64,000 nt of DNA, from positions 2,848,001-2,912,000 of the forward strand of contig CBDETK010000013.1 of assembly GCA_965242865.1 (NCBI GenBank). The letters are read 5' to 3'. The stretch is from Candidatus Latescibacterota bacterium. GTDB taxonomy: Bacteria > Latescibacterota > UBA2968 > UBA8231. How positions within the stretch are numbered: the stretch's first letter is position 1; every line of letters begins with the position of its first letter. Positions 9,759 to 18,917 of this stretch are shown here, one piece after another. The notes below the pieces were generated by a model. It did not search any database. It had not been told where the DNA came from and was given only the letters and a program-made list of their open reading frames with translations. The translations under genes were made by a program, and so were the position numbers.

Positions 9759-12074
9759 ATGTACGCACTCTTTGCCTACTGTGTTTTTATGACGATCTGT
9801 GCCGCTCCAGCGGTCGCCCAAAGCGGAACGACCGTCATTAGCGGTACGATTACCGACAGCACTGGGGTCCCCCTCGCGGGGATCGCGGTCTCGCTAGCCG
9901 AGGTAGGCACCTATACGGATGCCGACGGCCAGTACGTGCTCACGAACCTCCGGCCTGGTTCCTATACTCTAGCCATTTCCGCTATCGGTTATCAGAAACA
10001 ATCTCTCGCAATTGCACTGGTCGCGGGCCAAACCCTGACTCTCGACGCCGCTCTCGCAGAAGAGATTTTCTCAGTACAGGAAACCATCGTAGAGGGCAAG
10101 TCGGCTGCGGAACAACTGCGGCAACGGGGGTACGCGGTCTCCGTAATTGAGAGCGCGAGACAGAAGAATTTAACTTCCGACGTCAATGCGGTCCTTAAAA
10201 GCATCCCAGGGATCAACCTGCGGCAGACCGGTGGGCTTGGGTCGGGCTTCAGGCTCTCCTTAAACGGGTTGTCGGGCAACCAGATCCGTTACTTTATCGA
10301 CGGTGTGCCGATGGAAAATTTCGGCGCGGCCCTGTCGCTTGACAACTACCCCGTCAACCTCATTGACAAGATAGAGGTTTACAAGGGCGTAGTACCCGTG
10401 TCGCTCGGGGCCGACGCCTTGGGCGGGGCCGTCAATATAGTGACCGACCTCCAACAGCGGTCATTTCTCGATGTAGCCTTTGGCAATGGATCGTTCACTA
10501 CGCGACGGGCCTCGTTCAACGGCCAGTACGCCGACGGAGACTTCTTCCTCAAGATCGCGTCCTTTTACAACCACGCGGACAACGACTACTGGATGGACGA
10601 TAGCCCGGTCCACGACTTGGAGTTGGGCAATGCGCTAGGCGCGATACGCACTCGGCGATTCCACGACGACTTTACCTCAGCCATGGTACAAGGCGAAGCA
10701 GGGTTGCTCGCTAAAAAGCGTGCGGATAGGCTCTCGCTAGGAGTTATCGCGGCGGTGAGTAGGAAGGATTACCAACACCCGGACAACAACATCAACCGGG
10801 TATTCGGGGGATTTCACACGACCAACAGCACCGTCTTGTCGTCGATAAACTACGGCAACCGATTCACCGACAACTTGGCCCTGAAGCTCTTTGCCATCAG
10901 CGGTCGAATAATTACCAACGTGGTGGACGCCAGCACCCGCAAGTACAACTGGACTGGCGATTCTATGGAACGATCACCGGACGATCCCAAGGGCGAATTA
11001 GCCGAACGGCGCTCCTCGCTCGAATTGTCGGATTGGATACTGAGGAGCAATATCGGCACCGATTACTCCATAGACGAGCGACATAGCCTGAGTCTAAACG
11101 CCACCCAGAGCTATCTGCGACGGACAGGTGAGGACACAGTAGATCGCTTCAATCGCTCCTTTGAGTCCCCTAACTACATCCACAAGAACTTGCTCGGCCT
11201 AGCCTATACATACAGCCGCGCCGACGCCTTTGAAGCCACCATTTTCGGTAAGCGTTACTGGTATGCTGGACGGATCATCACCCAAGACTACCAAAACAAC
11301 GACATAACGACCCGAACCGAGCTAGATGCAACAGGATACGGCTTAGCCGTATCGTACCGCCCTACCGCCACCATCCAGCTAAAGTCGTCCTTTGAACGGG
11401 CATATCGCGTTCCAGAAGGCTTTGAGATTCTCGGCGATGGCATCTACATCAACCCCAACCCTGCGTTGCGACCAGAGACCAGCCGCAATTTCAACCTAGG
11501 CTGGCGCTTGACCCCACATCTAGTCAAAGCGGAAGCCAACTTCTTCTATCGCTTCTCGGAGGATTTTATCCGCTTCAACCCCCTAGGGCCATTCGGCGAA
11601 TACGAAAACCTAGAGGACGTGAGAACAGTGGGAGTGGAAGGAGAGATCGACACCAATTACCGCGATCTCGTCGCCGTCAATGCCAACATCACCTATCAGC
11701 TCCTGACCGACCAGACTCGCTTTGACGAAGGGCTACCCAACGCCAATTACCGCAGCAGGATTCCCAACGTGCCTCACCTTTTTGCCAATACTCGAATCGG
11801 CTTGAGCCGCAACCGGCGGTGGCACTTCTACTGGAGTATCCACTTCGTCGAGGCGTTTTTCCTACTGTGGGAAAACTTGGGCGACAGGGAACACAAAAAC
11901 ATCATCCCTCGACAGTTGACTCACGACTTCGAGACCGAGTACGCGCTAAACGGTGGTCTCTACAACGCATCCCTAACCGTCAACAACCTCACCAACGCGC
12001 GCGTCTATGACCACTTCAACATCCAGAAACCGGGCCGGTCCGTACATATCAAAATCAGGTATTCTCTCAAGTAA
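9759..12074 (+). CDS. TonB-dependent receptor with N-terminal carboxypeptidase-regulatory-like domain (XusA-like)
   Basis: Signal peptide, SGTITD..G.PL.G domain, plug motif IEVYKG..P..LG.DALGGAVNI, NP.L.PE.S and C-terminal PGRS....IRY. Confidence 0.92.
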   Translation: MYALFAYCVFMTICAAPAVAQSGTTVISGTITDSTGVPLAGIAVSLAEVGTYTDADGQYVLTNLRPGSYTLAISAIGYQKQSLAIALVAGQTLTLDAALAEEIFSVQETIVEGKSAAEQLRQRGYAVSVIESARQKNLTSDVNAVLKSIPGINLRQTGGLGSGFRLSLNGLSGNQIRYFIDGVPMENFGAALSLDNYPVNLIDKIEVYKGVVPVSLGADALGGAVNIVTDLQQRSFLDVAFGNGSFTTRRASFNGQYADGDFFLKIASFYNHADNDYWMDDSPVHDLELGNALGAIRTRRFHDDFTSAMVQGEAGLLAKKRADRLSLGVIAAVSRKDYQHPDNNINRVFGGFHTTNSTVLSSINYGNRFTDNLALKLFAISGRIITNVVDASTRKYNWTGDSMERSPDDPKGELAERRSSLELSDWILRSNIGTDYSIDERHSLSLNATQSYLRRTGEDTVDRFNRSFESPNYIHKNLLGLAYTYSRADAFEATIFGKRYWYAGRIITQDYQNNDITTRTELDATGYGLAVSYRPTATIQLKSSFERAYRVPEGFEILGDGIYINPNPALRPETSRNFNLGWRLTPHLVKAEANFFYRFSEDFIRFNPLGPFGEYENLEDVRTVGVEGEIDTNYRDLVAVNANITYQLLTDQTRFDEGLPNANYRSRIPNVPHLFANTRIGLSRNRRWHFYWSIHFVEAFFLLWENLGDREHKNIIPRQLTHDFETEYALNGGLYNASLTVNNLTNARVYDHFNIQKPGRSVHIKIRYSLK

Positions 12075-12100
12075 AATTTAACCCAATCAAGGAGGTAGCC

Positions 12101-13363
12101 ATGTGGCATCTTAATTTTCCCATTATCAAGTACGGCAACAAGCTGTTTCTCCGGCTGGGAGTGGCATTCTCTTTGGCGTTGATGGCTTGCGGCGACGACG
12201 ACAAGGTGACAAATCCCGGGACAACGACTGGACCGACGGAAATATCAGGCATCACGATGGCCTTTAAGACTACTGGCGGGGACGAGACCGAATTCATCAT
12301 CACCCGGGATGACATCCTCTCCGGCGAGATTTCGGCTGTCGGCGAAGGGATCGAGCAGACCGGATGGCGATTCTACTACCCAGTCGGCAAAACCCTCTTC
12401 GCTTCGGGATACAGCGACGATAACCAATGTGCCGGCTACATCAACGATGGTAGCGGCACCTTGGCCAAAAAGGGCGAATTTATTTTTGAAAACGCGCTGG
12501 AAATGTTCGGTCACTCTGACGATGATCAGACACTGCTGGCGATGGAGATCCCTAGGGCGGGTTTTGCCAATCGCCGGCTCCACTTCGTCGACGTCAACAC
12601 CGTATTTGTGACCAAGATCGTAGGTACGCAAATTTTCGCGTCGTCGGATTCGCTCGTGGCGTGGCCGACCGCTCTCCAAGTCAGAGGCGATAAGCTCTTC
12701 GTGCCTTTCCACAAGCTAGACGCTGCTGGCTTTTTCACCACTCCCAGCCCGGACAGCGCCTTCGTCGCCGTTTATTCCTATCCCGATGTTGGCTCCGAGC
12801 CGGAAAAGATCATCGCCGACCCTAGAACGTCCAATATCGGCGTCAACGGTGCCACTACCGGCTTGATCGAAACCGCCAGCGGCGACCTGTATTCCTTTTC
12901 CAGCGGTGCCGCAATGGCCGGCTTTTCCCCCGCTTCTACCAAGCCCTCGGGCATCTTGAGGATACGGTCGGGTAGCACCGACTTCGATCCCGATTACTTC
13001 TTTGATGTCGAGGCGGCGACCGGAGGCGGGAAGCTCTTCTGGTTTGATCATATCGGCGGCGAGCGGGCCATCGCACGGATCATAACATCGGATGGCGGCC
13101 TGTGGGCGGCCTTCGGCCGGGAGGTTTTTAACCAGCAGTTGGCGATCCTCGACCTAGCGAATCAGACTGCGACCGAAGTCGCCAATGTGCCTTTACACGC
13201 CAAGCGCTATTCCTCGCCGGTGATGGTGGAAGAAGGCAAAGTCTATGTCAGCATCGAAACGGCGAGTGAAGCCCATGTCTATCAAGTGGATATCGCCACG
13301 GCGACCGCGACCCAGGGAGCTAGGATTAACGGTAAAACCATTAAAGGCTTTTACAGGTTATAG
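12101..13363 (+). CDS. DUF4374-family surface lipoprotein (XusB-like)
   Basis: Lipobox LMAC followed by acidic GDDD. GDLYSFS and PSGILRI..G...FD.DYFFD motifs. Lies between the TBDR and the PepSY gene. Confidence 0.8.
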   Translation: MWHLNFPIIKYGNKLFLRLGVAFSLALMACGDDDKVTNPGTTTGPTEISGITMAFKTTGGDETEFIITRDDILSGEISAVGEGIEQTGWRFYYPVGKTLFASGYSDDNQCAGYINDGSGTLAKKGEFIFENALEMFGHSDDDQTLLAMEIPRAGFANRRLHFVDVNTVFVTKIVGTQIFASSDSLVAWPTALQVRGDKLFVPFHKLDAAGFFTTPSPDSAFVAVYSYPDVGSEPEKIIADPRTSNIGVNGATTGLIETASGDLYSFSSGAAMAGFSPASTKPSGILRIRSGSTDFDPDYFFDVEAATGGGKLFWFDHIGGERAIARIITSDGGLWAAFGREVFNQQLAILDLANQTATEVANVPLHAKRYSSPVMVEEGKVYVSIETASEAHVYQVDIATATATQGARINGKTIKGFYRL

Positions 13364-13374
13364 GCGACTGAAAG

Positions 13375-13414
13375 GGGCCTTGGTCCGCCATCTCGAACCA
13401 AGGCCCTGCCTTTT
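13375..13414 (+). terminator. Intergenic stem-loop (partial terminator or mRNA stabiliser)
   Basis: Perfect 10-bp stem GGGCCTTGGT/ACCAAGGCCC followed by TGCCTTTT. Confidence 0.6.
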
Positions 13415-13416
13415 AC

Positions 13417-14535
13417 ATGCAAAGACCAATTAAGAAGTTCGTCCTGAAGATACACGAGATCCTCGGTTTGGCCACGGGGATCGTCGTGTTCATCGTCGCC
13501 ATCACCGGCTGCTGTTGGGTATTCAAGGAGGAAATACAGGGTCTCTACCTAAAAAAGCAGGAGGTCGAAGCGCGCCAAGCCCCAATGATAACCCCCACCG
13601 CAGCCAAGATAGCGGCACAAGCGGTCTTCCCCGACAAGCATATCCACGGTACGCGCTACGGCGAGCCGGGCCAAGCCGTCGAAGTCATTTTTTACCAAGA
13701 CGAACCCCGGTTTTACCGCAGCGTCTTCCTCGATCCCTATACTGGAGACGTGTTACACTCAGAAGATCATTTTTCCGGTTTTTTTGCGTTTGTGCTAGAT
13801 GGCCATCTCAGGCTCTGGCTGCCTCCAGCAGTTGGCTCTAATGTCGTATCGGTATCTGTCTTGTTGTTTTTACTCATCCTTACCACCGGGCTCGTACTCT
13901 GGTGGCCTCATGGCAACAACCGCAAACAGCGATTCACCTTTGTCTGGCGCGATGCTACTCGGTGGCGACGGAAAAACTTCGATCTGCATGCCATCGCAGG
14001 GTTTTACGTTTTGTCCTTGTCCTTTGTGCTTGCCTTTACCGGCTGTGTTATGGCCTTTGATTGGTTTGGCTACTGGGTGTACAAATCGTCGGGAGGGACA
14101 AAAATACCGCAGTTTATTGTCCCAGACAATATACACATCGCGGGATCGCTACAGAATTCCTCTACGCGCCCCATTGATCGCCTCATCGCCCAGCTACAAA
14201 GGGACAATCCACGAGCAACCAGCTTTGAGATCCACTATCCGGCTAGCGATTCTTCCAGTATCTATGTCGAGGTGTCGCACCAACAAGGGGTTTACTACAG
14301 TTCGGACTACCGTTTCTTCGACCAAAGTACCCTTGAAGAAATCGAAACCCCAAGCATATATGGACGCTATACCGATGCCCGTTTCGCCGATAAGGTGATG
14401 CGCATGAACTACGACATCCACGTCGGTGCCATTGGGGGCCTATTAGGTAAGATCATCGCCTTTGCAGCTAGTGCGATCGCCGCAACACTGCCCGTTACGG
14501 GCTTTCTACTGTGGTATGGCAGAAGATACCGCTGA
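13417..14535 (+). CDS. PepSY-associated TM helix protein, ferric-chelate reductase-like (XusC-like)
   Basis: IH..LGL..G.....AITG, DPYTG.V, H..LWL, TGL.LWWP, DLH...G and YDIHVG...G..G motifs. Confidence 0.9.
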   Translation: MQRPIKKFVLKIHEILGLATGIVVFIVAITGCCWVFKEEIQGLYLKKQEVEARQAPMITPTAAKIAAQAVFPDKHIHGTRYGEPGQAVEVIFYQDEPRFYRSVFLDPYTGDVLHSEDHFSGFFAFVLDGHLRLWLPPAVGSNVVSVSVLLFLLILTTGLVLWWPHGNNRKQRFTFVWRDATRWRRKNFDLHAIAGFYVLSLSFVLAFTGCVMAFDWFGYWVYKSSGGTKIPQFIVPDNIHIAGSLQNSSTRPIDRLIAQLQRDNPRATSFEIHYPASDSSSIYVEVSHQQGVYYSSDYRFFDQSTLEEIETPSIYGRYTDARFADKVMRMNYDIHVGAIGGLLGKIIAFAASAIAATLPVTGFLLWYGRRYR

Positions 14536-14621
14536 TCGGTGCTTATTGCGCGATCTTGCTGCTTGGGCGTAACTTCTTACGTCCGGCCGAAACTCTCACC
14601 AAACCATTTACAGGGGGCAAC

Positions 14622-16562
14622 ATGGACCTAGACGAACTGCTGAGCGACGTGGACCTAGACGAACTGCTGCGCCTCTACGACGAGGCGGCCGAGGAGCTGA
14701 TGCAAGTCGCTCTCAGCGATGGCCACTTTGCCGGCCGCGATGCAAGCGAAATCACTTGGCCGGTGGGCAGCGACCTCAACGCGCTCACGCGCCGCGCCGA
14801 CCTGATCGGCAGCATTCACGAAGGCATCCCCTCGCTCCGCGACAAGCGCCTGCAAGAGGCTTATGACCACTACGAGCGCGTCGGCCCCGCCTATCACCGA
14901 GCGAACCGTCTTTACCTAGCAACGCGCCAGCTCTTCGTCGAACGCGGGCACGGCGATGCACTCGATTTCCACGCGCTCTACCAATCGGTCTATCTACACG
15001 CCCTAGGCCGCGACAACCCCTACGCCCTTGACGAAGGAGAAGCCGCCCTCGTCAAGTTGCGGGTCGCCCGCGTGCCCCTGTCCCACGCCCACGCCGTCGC
15101 CGAAAAGCTGCAAGCCGGGGGTGGGCGAAAAGAACCCGCCGCCGACTCGGGCGACGATCCGCGCTTGGCCGAGCACTATGCCTGCGAAATCAATGGGGGG
15201 CGTCACGCCGGAACGCTGCGCGACCTGCTCAGCGAGGTTGCCGAGCGCGTCGTCGATTACCTCGCCGCTGGCGAACATCTCGCCATCCGCTTCAACGCCT
15301 ATAGCAACTTTATCTATCTCGGTATATCGGTGTGGAAGGCCATCACGGACGCCGATTTGCTCTTGGCCCGCATTGAGGGACGGGTGCGACCCCAATGGCA
15401 TCAAAAGCTGGGCAAGTTGGTCCTGTTGGGTAAGGGCATGCTACTCAAGTTCCTCCAAGCCCACTCCGAAGACCCCGCCCAAATCAAGCCGAGGGAGTTT
15501 TGGTACGGCCAAGAGTACAGCTACCTGACCCGCGACATGATTGACCTGACGCGCCGCTTAGTCGCCCACGTCAACCGACTCGCGGGCCGAGTGCCGGGGA
15601 AAGTCGAGCGGGTGGTCCTGCCCCCCCTGCTTACCAGCAAGGTCAAAGGTCGCTTTCTCGAATACCAGCACGTCGGGCGACGCCAGACCCTCGGCCCATG
15701 GCGACGCCGGGCACGCCTCTTGCGGTGGGCTTGGCTCTATTACCGCACCGGACGCCAAAAAATGAGCCTCCTAGCGAAGCAGCTCCCCGAAGCGGAGCGT
15801 CTCAAAGCGGCCAGCGCACAAAGCGGCGAATGGGGGCGGAAGTCGCTGGACATTTTCGATATTGAACTGACCATCAGTGCCGATCCGCTCTTTGCCGCGA
15901 CCGCCCGCGACCTCGACCTAGCGAATAAGCAGGCCAAGGTTCTCTTTCTTCCCACGCACCGCAGCCTCTTCGACCATCCGGTGATGAGCAGCCTGCTCCA
16001 CGACCCCCGCTTCCTCGAGCTGATGGGCTGGCGCGAACCCGCCGCGCCTGTGATGCTCGCCCGCGCCCGCCTCACCGAACCCGCAACCCTGCGCCTTGGC
16101 GGTCGCTCTTTTTCCCTGATTGGCTTTACGACCGAGGAAGTAGATACCATGATGGAGGCCGTTGACGGGCACGTCATTATGACCCGCTCGGCTGACGCGC
16201 GCAGTCCCACGCGCCGCTTTGCCAAGCTCCTCGCCGAGCGGCCGGGCGTCGTCTATGGCGAGGGCACCACCGCCGCCTTTGAGCATCAGTGCCTACCCAT
16301 GCAGCACGCGCTCTTTGCGTACCTACCGCCCGACGTGATCATCGTGCCGCTGGCTTTGCGCGGCATCCACTCGTTGTGGCCCAAGTGCCCGCGCGGCAAT
16401 CTCGACATCGGCAGCGGGCGGGTCGAAGTGGTGGTCTGCCCGCCGATGCTCGGCGAAACCACGCTCTTGCCGCGCAAGCGCGCCCTGCGGACGCAGCTAG
16501 AGCCGGCTACGCTCTTCCAAGCCATGCACATTGCGCGGCTTTTTAATCCAGAACCGGGCTAG
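14622..16562 (+). CDS. Glycerolipid acyltransferase (PlsC domain) with a large N-terminal helical domain
   Basis: PTHRSLFD (HX4D), YGEGT and IVPLALRG. GGGGG RBS-like sequence before ATG 14622. Confidence 0.75.
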   Translation: MDLDELLSDVDLDELLRLYDEAAEELMQVALSDGHFAGRDASEITWPVGSDLNALTRRADLIGSIHEGIPSLRDKRLQEAYDHYERVGPAYHRANRLYLATRQLFVERGHGDALDFHALYQSVYLHALGRDNPYALDEGEAALVKLRVARVPLSHAHAVAEKLQAGGGRKEPAADSGDDPRLAEHYACEINGGRHAGTLRDLLSEVAERVVDYLAAGEHLAIRFNAYSNFIYLGISVWKAITDADLLLARIEGRVRPQWHQKLGKLVLLGKGMLLKFLQAHSEDPAQIKPREFWYGQEYSYLTRDMIDLTRRLVAHVNRLAGRVPGKVERVVLPPLLTSKVKGRFLEYQHVGRRQTLGPWRRRARLLRWAWLYYRTGRQKMSLLAKQLPEAERLKAASAQSGEWGRKSLDIFDIELTISADPLFAATARDLDLANKQAKVLFLPTHRSLFDHPVMSSLLHDPRFLELMGWREPAAPVMLARARLTEPATLRLGGRSFSLIGFTTEEVDTMMEAVDGHVIMTRSADARSPTRRFAKLLAERPGVVYGEGTTAAFEHQCLPMQHALFAYLPPDVIIVPLALRGIHSLWPKCPRGNLDIGSGRVEVVVCPPMLGETTLLPRKRALRTQLEPATLFQAMHIARLFNPEPG

Positions 16563-16775
16563 GGAGCAAGGAAATCGAGCCGTGCCCCGAACCTCGAACC
16601 CCTCGCCCTTCTGCGCGACCAGTGGCGCGCCGAGCCGAGCGGCCATGGGGGTAAGAGGACGCGGATTGACGCCTAAACACCTGCGCGGCAGATATTGTAA
16701 TTTGCGGCGCGAATGGTTATCGTAATGGACGCGGCTAAAACCGCACAAATACCAAAGGCCAAAAGGAATCAGGCG

Positions 16776-18155
16776 ATGCAACCTGTCAAATTTATTTTCA
16801 AAAAAATTGGCCCTATAAAAGAGGCCGAAATGGAATTAGGCGACATCACGATCATTGCCGGGCGCAACAACACTGGGAAGACGTATCTGGTGTACACGCT
16901 TTACGGCTTTCTGAAACAGTGGAAATGGCCAATTAAAAATGAAAAAATTGTTAAAGAAATGATAGAGATAGATAAGGATCGATTCAAGCGCACCGTAGAT
17001 AGAGAAACACTCGATCAAGATCGAAAAAAAATAATCCGTGAGGTGACCCGTTCCTTCTCGCAAGAAGACTTGGCCAGTGTATTTAATTCGCCAAGCGGTA
17101 CTTTCTCGGGATCTTCTATTGAAGTCAAATTTCTCGACGAATTCCCTCTCGACGAATATTTTAAAAATTTACCGATTGATATTCCTTTCAAAAAAGATGG
17201 CCTTGTTTCAATTCGGCACGATGGAACCGATATTATCGCAATCTACAAAAACGCAAGGGAACAAGAGCCCGATGACTCTTTTTTTCCTATTTTTATCTCG
17301 TTTTTTTACCGTCGATTTTTGTTTCCAGAACTGTCTTTTGAACCGTTCATCTTTTCTGCTGAACGCTTTAGTATTTCGCTTTTCTACAGAGAACTCGATT
17401 CTACCAAGAGCCAAGTGGTGGATTATTTGCAGAAAATGGACGACGACAAAGATAGAGATCGCATTTCTCCATATATCTTCATAGACAAAACGACCAGTCG
17501 CTACGCGCTTCCCATAAAAGACAACATTGACTACACCAGGGACATATCTAATCTAAAAGGACAAAGAAGCGAGCTTTACGACTCCAAATTGTTTGACAAA
17601 ATCAAGGACATGATGGAAGGCTATTATAGCAGTTCCAATGACGATATCGCATTTATCTCCAAGCGCAAGGGACGCAGCTTTAATCTACCGTTGCACATCG
17701 CGTCCTCCTCAGCACGTGGACTATCCGACTTATATTTCTACCTGCGTCACACAGCAAAAGAAAATCAACTCGTCATCATCGACGAGCCAGAGAGCCATCT
17801 CGATACAGCCAACCAAATACTACTGGCGAGATTGTTGGCGCGGATGATACAGTCCAATCTGAAGGTTCTGATAACCACCCACAGCGACTACATCATCAAG
17901 GAAATCAACAATCTCATCATGCTTAGTAGGACGTTCAAAGAGAAAAAGAAGGTCGTTAAGGATCTGGGGTACAAAGAAGACGACTTTATCAAGCCAGCCT
18001 CCGTCCGGGCGTATGTCGCAGAGGGGGATAGCTTGACCAGGTGTGAAATTGATGAATTTGGCATCGACATGCCCGTCTTCGACGAAACCATTAATAAAAT
18101 CAATCGGACCTCAAATGAACTTGCCTCGCGCCTCATAGAAGAAAGGGATGCGTGA
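16776..18155 (+). CDS. ABC-like AAA ATPase (AAA_15/AAA_21 type), AT-rich
   Basis: Walker A GRNNTGKT, signature-like ASSSARGL, Walker B IIDEPESHL and ITTHSDY. Confidence 0.88.
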   Translation: MQPVKFIFKKIGPIKEAEMELGDITIIAGRNNTGKTYLVYTLYGFLKQWKWPIKNEKIVKEMIEIDKDRFKRTVDRETLDQDRKKIIREVTRSFSQEDLASVFNSPSGTFSGSSIEVKFLDEFPLDEYFKNLPIDIPFKKDGLVSIRHDGTDIIAIYKNAREQEPDDSFFPIFISFFYRRFLFPELSFEPFIFSAERFSISLFYRELDSTKSQVVDYLQKMDDDKDRDRISPYIFIDKTTSRYALPIKDNIDYTRDISNLKGQRSELYDSKLFDKIKDMMEGYYSSSNDDIAFISKRKGRSFNLPLHIASSSARGLSDLYFYLRHTAKENQLVIIDEPESHLDTANQILLARLLARMIQSNLKVLITTHSDYIIKEINNLIMLSRTFKEKKKVVKDLGYKEDDFIKPASVRAYVAEGDSLTRCEIDEFGIDMPVFDETINKINRTSNELASRLIEERDA

Positions 18156-18720
18156 AATGGCGATAAATTCGGTATTGGAAAGAGTTCTGAAAGAAGATGT
18201 TGTGGAGACGCCAAGTAGGGATAAAACGATCACCCTTCAGGAAAAGGACCCGAACGTCAATATGGAGGTGAAAATAGTTACACAGTCTGCGTCCGTTATC
18301 GCGATACGAATGAGTGCTAGGAACCACTTATCAACTATGCAAGATGGTCCATGGAAGCAGATATGCGACTATCTGCTAGTTGTTGAATCCGCCGATAAAA
18401 TTCACGCCGTTTTCATTGAACTGAAGAAGACTCTTACAAAAGAGGAAAGGCCAAGAGAACAGCTACGACGATCCCCGCCACTTTTAGAATATCTTCTTTC
18501 CGTCTGCAAAATTGAGGATAATAGCATTGACACAACGCGAATAAACACCAACTATTTCATTATAGGGGAAAAATTGAACGAAAAGATCGACATGGAGCCG
18601 GTGAGAATTGATCCTAATAAAATGATTGAAAAGGAGCAGTACAAGGGGATCGAAATTGCGACATCGACCAAGAAAAGATTCACTCTCAATGAATTGATAA
18701 CCTTAAATGAGGCAGCATGA
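18148..18720 (+). CDS. Putative PD-(D/E)xK-like nuclease partner of the ATPase
   Basis: Overlaps the ATPase stop. CDYLLV...VFIELKK motif. AT-rich. Confidence 0.6.
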   Translation: MREMAINSVLERVLKEDVVETPSRDKTITLQEKDPNVNMEVKIVTQSASVIAIRMSARNHLSTMQDGPWKQICDYLLVVESADKIHAVFIELKKTLTKEERPREQLRRSPPLLEYLLSVCKIEDNSIDTTRINTNYFIIGEKLNEKIDMEPVRIDPNKMIEKEQYKGIEIATSTKKRFTLNELITLNEAA

Positions 18721-18917
18721 CGAAAACTGTACCAGCCCCGAGATTAGAATCGACCGTTCCTAGAGGTACGGCAGCTCCGGCGTATCACCTGTCGGAATCG
18801 TTGGATCGGTTGAGCCTGTCAACGCAGATGAAAAACCGAGTAGTTCTCGTTCCCGTCCACACGCAAACACTGACGATCCTCAAATGGGTTCGCCCGTTGA
18901 TCGCAGAAGTTAATAGG

